Of a stretch of 64,000 bases of DNA, positions 61,399 to 64,000 are shown piece by piece. The translations under genes and the position numbers were made by a program. The notes below the pieces were generated by a model. It saw only the letters and a program-made list of their open reading frames with translations. It was not told the DNA's origin and searched no databases. How positions within the stretch are numbered: position 1 is the first letter of the stretch; every line of letters begins with the position of its first letter. The DNA comes from Pseudomonadota bacterium (GTDB lineage: Bacteria; Pseudomonadota; Gammaproteobacteria; Eutrophobiales; Eutrophobiaceae), in assembly GCA_022574295.1 (NCBI GenBank), contig JACZSJ010000001.1, positions 786 to 64,785 on the forward strand, read 5' to 3'.

Positions 61399-62783
61399 CA
61401 TTTAAATTGACAGAGTTGCCATATTGTCGCGATTCTTCGCTTCTATTTACACCTCTTGCAAAAGAACACTGGAGCATCTTTCTGGATAGCGGCTATCCGT
61501 ACATTGATCTAGGACGATACGATATTATTGCTGCGCGTCCCTACATCATGTTGAAGACCTTCGCGGATGAGACAGAAATAGTTTATGCAAATGGAAAAAA
61601 AGAGCATTCTTCAGACGATCCATTCTCACTGGTGAAGACATTGCTTGGTGAGAATCAGAACAAACTCTCAACAGTTCCTTTCGCTGGAGGTGCACTGGGT
61701 TATTTTGCCTATGATCTTGGACGCGGGATAGAAAAAATACCCGAAATTTCCGAGCATGATATTGCCATGCCTGATATGGCTATTGGTATTTATGATTGGG
61801 CAGTCGTCACAGATCATCAACAACGCAGGACGTGGCTCACAGGATACGGAAAAGACGAAAAAACATTTGATGAATGGGATGAGCTACTTGATCTGTTTCA
61901 GACAAATACAGAGTCAGGTACATCAACATCAGGTGCAGACGACTTCGAGGTGTGTTCAGGTTTACAGGTAAATATGGACAATGAATTTTATGCACGTGCA
62001 TTCAACAAAATTAAGCATTACATCAGAGAAGGGGACTGCTATCAGGTCAATCTGGCTCAACGTTTTACAGTTGATGTAACTGGCGATCCCTGGACTGCTT
62101 ATCTGAAATTACGAAGATTAAATCCTGCCCCCTATAGTAGTTTCTTTAAGATTCCTGAAGGATCAGTATTAAGTACATCACCAGAAAGGTTTTTGAAGGT
62201 TGATAATGGCCTGGTTGAAAGCAAACCAATCAAGGGCACGCGGCGGCGTTCATCTGATGTTTATGAAGACAGGGCATTAAGCGAAGATTTGTTGGAAAGT
62301 AAAAAGGATCGTGCAGAGAATCTTATGATTGTCGATCTCTTACGTAATGATATCGGGAAATCATGTCGTACTGGCAGTGTATCTGTTCCCAGACTGTTTG
62401 CTCTGGAGAGTTTTGCCAGGGTACATCATTTAGTCAGCACCATCATCGGACAACTGGCTGTAAATACTCATGCTCTGGATTTATTACGCGGTTGCTTTCC
62501 GGGAGGTTCTATTACAGGTGCCCCAAAGTTACGTGCGATGGAAATCATTGAAGAACTTGAACCTCACAGACGCAGTATCTATTGTGGTTCAATGGCGTAC
62601 ATCGGCTTTGATGGCAATATGGATAGTAATATAACAATTCGTACACTGGTGCATCACAAAGGTCGAATGTATTTCTGGGCAGGCGGGGGTATCGTCATGG
62701 ATTCACGACTGGATGCTGAGTATCAGGAATGTTTTGATAAGGCATCCGCATTGCTTGCATTATTCGAACTTGAAAAACCATAA
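61350..62783 (+). CDS. pabB: Aminodeoxychorismate synthase component I
   Basis: Chorismate-utilising enzyme motifs (SPERFL, PGGSITGAPK). The start may instead be the TTG at 61395, which overlaps the upstream stop. Confidence 0.75.
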   Translation: MCCCGFSCTDYEACQLTFKLTELPYCRDSSLLFTPLAKEHWSIFLDSGYPYIDLGRYDIIAARPYIMLKTFADETEIVYANGKKEHSSDDPFSLVKTLLGENQNKLSTVPFAGGALGYFAYDLGRGIEKIPEISEHDIAMPDMAIGIYDWAVVTDHQQRRTWLTGYGKDEKTFDEWDELLDLFQTNTESGTSTSGADDFEVCSGLQVNMDNEFYARAFNKIKHYIREGDCYQVNLAQRFTVDVTGDPWTAYLKLRRLNPAPYSSFFKIPEGSVLSTSPERFLKVDNGLVESKPIKGTRRRSSDVYEDRALSEDLLESKKDRAENLMIVDLLRNDIGKSCRTGSVSVPRLFALESFARVHHLVSTIIGQLAVNTHALDLLRGCFPGGSITGAPKLRAMEIIEELEPHRRSIYCGSMAYIGFDGNMDSNITIRTLVHHKGRMYFWAGGGIVMDSRLDAEYQECFDKASALLALFELEKP

Positions 62784-62785
62784 TC

Positions 62786-63400
62786 ATGTGGATCATTAAA
62801 CTTGGCGGTAGTTTGTTGTCGTCAGGTAGCTTGAACAAATGGTTATCAATTATTGTTGAGTTTGGTAGAGGCAAGTTGGTGATTGTTCCCGGTGGTGGAA
62901 GTTTTGCAGCTCAGGTTCGTGAAGCACAAAAAAAATGGAGATTTGATGATAAGGCAGCTCATCAAATGGCTTTGTTGGCCATGGAGCAAACTGCGCACTT
63001 GCTAAAATCTATTGAACCAGATCTTTCCCTGACAGATTCAATTAAAGATATTGAGGAGATCGTTAACCAGAACAAGGTTCCTGTTTGGTTACCATGCAAA
63101 ATAATTGATAGGTCCCAGGAACTATCCTCAAACTGGGACGTGACTTCAGATAGCCTGGCTCTGTGGCTGGCCGGAAAGCTGAAAGCTGAACACACCATGT
63201 TGGTTAAATCATTAAGTGCCAGTAATAAGAATGCAAGGCAATTATCTGATTTTGATATGGTAGATAAGGCGTTTCCGGAATTCGTAAAAAAATCTGAATC
63301 GGGATTGTGGTGGCTTGAAGAGAATGATATGGGCGTATTCAAAAAAATGCTTAAGACAAAGGCCAAACCAGAAGACTATCTCAAGTCCGTTGCTTACTAG
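62786..63400 (+). CDS. Amino-acid-kinase-fold protein (candidate MfnE-like kinase of methanofuran biosynthesis)
   Basis: 204 aa with the N-terminal IIKLGGSLL..VIVPGGG, as in the AA-kinase family. Context. Confidence 0.45.
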   Translation: MWIIKLGGSLLSSGSLNKWLSIIVEFGRGKLVIVPGGGSFAAQVREAQKKWRFDDKAAHQMALLAMEQTAHLLKSIEPDLSLTDSIKDIEEIVNQNKVPVWLPCKIIDRSQELSSNWDVTSDSLALWLAGKLKAEHTMLVKSLSASNKNARQLSDFDMVDKAFPEFVKKSESGLWWLEENDMGVFKKMLKTKAKPEDYLKSVAY

Positions 63401-63445
63401 AATAATTCAACTGAACGGTGAAGATTGTAGACCAAAGAAAAACGC

Positions 63446-63480
63446 ACCAACCTTGTTAAGGATTGGTGCGTTTAAAAGAA
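63446..63480 (+). terminator. Rho-independent terminator after the cofactor operon
   Basis: GCACCAA-ccttgttaagga-TTGGTGC hairpin followed by GTTT. Confidence 0.5.
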
Positions 63481-64000
63481 CTTCACTTTTAGGAGAAGTT
63501 CACTCTGGAATAAGAAAGCCTGGCATCCGGAAGAGGATGGAGACACCAGGCAATAGCCAAGTTCCGTCTTGGCTTCCCGCTATTAGGCGGTCACGGTAAA
63601 ATCGGTTTCGAGACGAGAGGGAAGACATCATGGGCGTTAGCCAATGACAAGATTTCATTTGCAACATGATTTTCCCCATTTACATCCCCGTATTCCACCG
63701 GCCCATATCATTGACTGGCCGATGGGTTTTCTATTGCTAGCGATGTATAGCACCACAATAGACAGTGGTCAAGTGGTAAATAAACCACAATATCATGTGG
63801 TTTAGGGTTTATTTCAGTAGAAAATCATGCGGTAAAGCCACTGCTTCTATTTAATTACACTGTAGAATTCAGAAAATAACAATAAAAACAAGTAGATATG
63901 CTTATTTGCCAGCTTAATAACTGAAAAAAATACGGTGTCATTAAAAAAGAGCGGGGGAGCAAAAAAAAGGACCCGACATATTTGCATGCCGAGTCCGCTG

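Noticed and set aside
63481-64000. Possible structured ncRNA or riboswitch in the terminal non-coding ~520 bp
   Set aside because: It has several GC-rich stems, but I could not match any known riboswitch or sRNA consensus by eye. The window ends before a downstream gene, so there is no context. It is left unannotated.

Overview
The window looks like a chromosomal segment from a moderate-GC, Gram-negative methylotroph with gammaproteobacterial-type operon synteny. I could not run searches, so all assignments are by eye from the six-frame ORF track and motifs.

The first ~28 kb is housekeeping. It holds the 3' end of a PBP1B gene and a three-gene AmmeMemoRadiSam system. An initiator-like tRNA-Met follows, with two decayed tandem pseudo-copies behind it. 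Next comes the rimP-nusA-infB-rbfA-truB-rpsO-pnp block, then an ECF sigma/anti-sigma pair. A 5-formyl-THF cyclo-ligase gene lies divergently upstream of the rpsP-rimM-trmD-rplS operon, followed by an aldo-keto reductase and ogt-xerD. A GspE-family ATPase sits between xerD and dsbC. The LPS core genes hldE, hldD and waaA close this half.

The second ~35 kb is a dense C1-oxidation island. It starts with a XoxF-type PQQ methanol dehydrogenase (DYD motif), a divergent SoxYZ-like carrier, a pseudoazurin and XoxJ. A roughly 16.4-kb co-directional minus-strand block follows. It contains a complete FwdD-FwdB-FwdA-Ftr-FwdC set, and its FwdB keeps a V-C-H-G-P-S motif like the catalytic (Se)Cys-His motif of formate dehydrogenases. 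Next in that block are a 7Fe ferredoxin and an FprA-type ferredoxin-NADP reductase, then a second Cys-less Fhc-type set (FhcB-A-D-C). It ends with an NAD-linked formate dehydrogenase (alpha subunit plus a NuoE/NuoF-fusion beta subunit). Divergent from this block is a tetrahydromethanopterin/methanofuran cofactor cluster: mptG, an mtdB-like gene, mch, three ATP-grasp ligases, a CitG-like gene, fae, a HisA-like gene, an ASKHA-fold gene, pabB and an amino-acid-kinase-fold gene.

The most interesting candidate system is the second, apparently redox-competent Fwd cluster with its dedicated ferredoxin/FprA pair. A ~170-190 bp intergenic element occurs twice (upstream of rimP, downstream of rplS), each copy just after a terminator. 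A perfect 18-bp inverted repeat enclosing (GCTGAAT)x3 sits just upstream of the ECF sigma gene. There is an in-frame 15-bp tandem repeat inside hldD. I found no CRISPR array, IS element, transposase or prophage.
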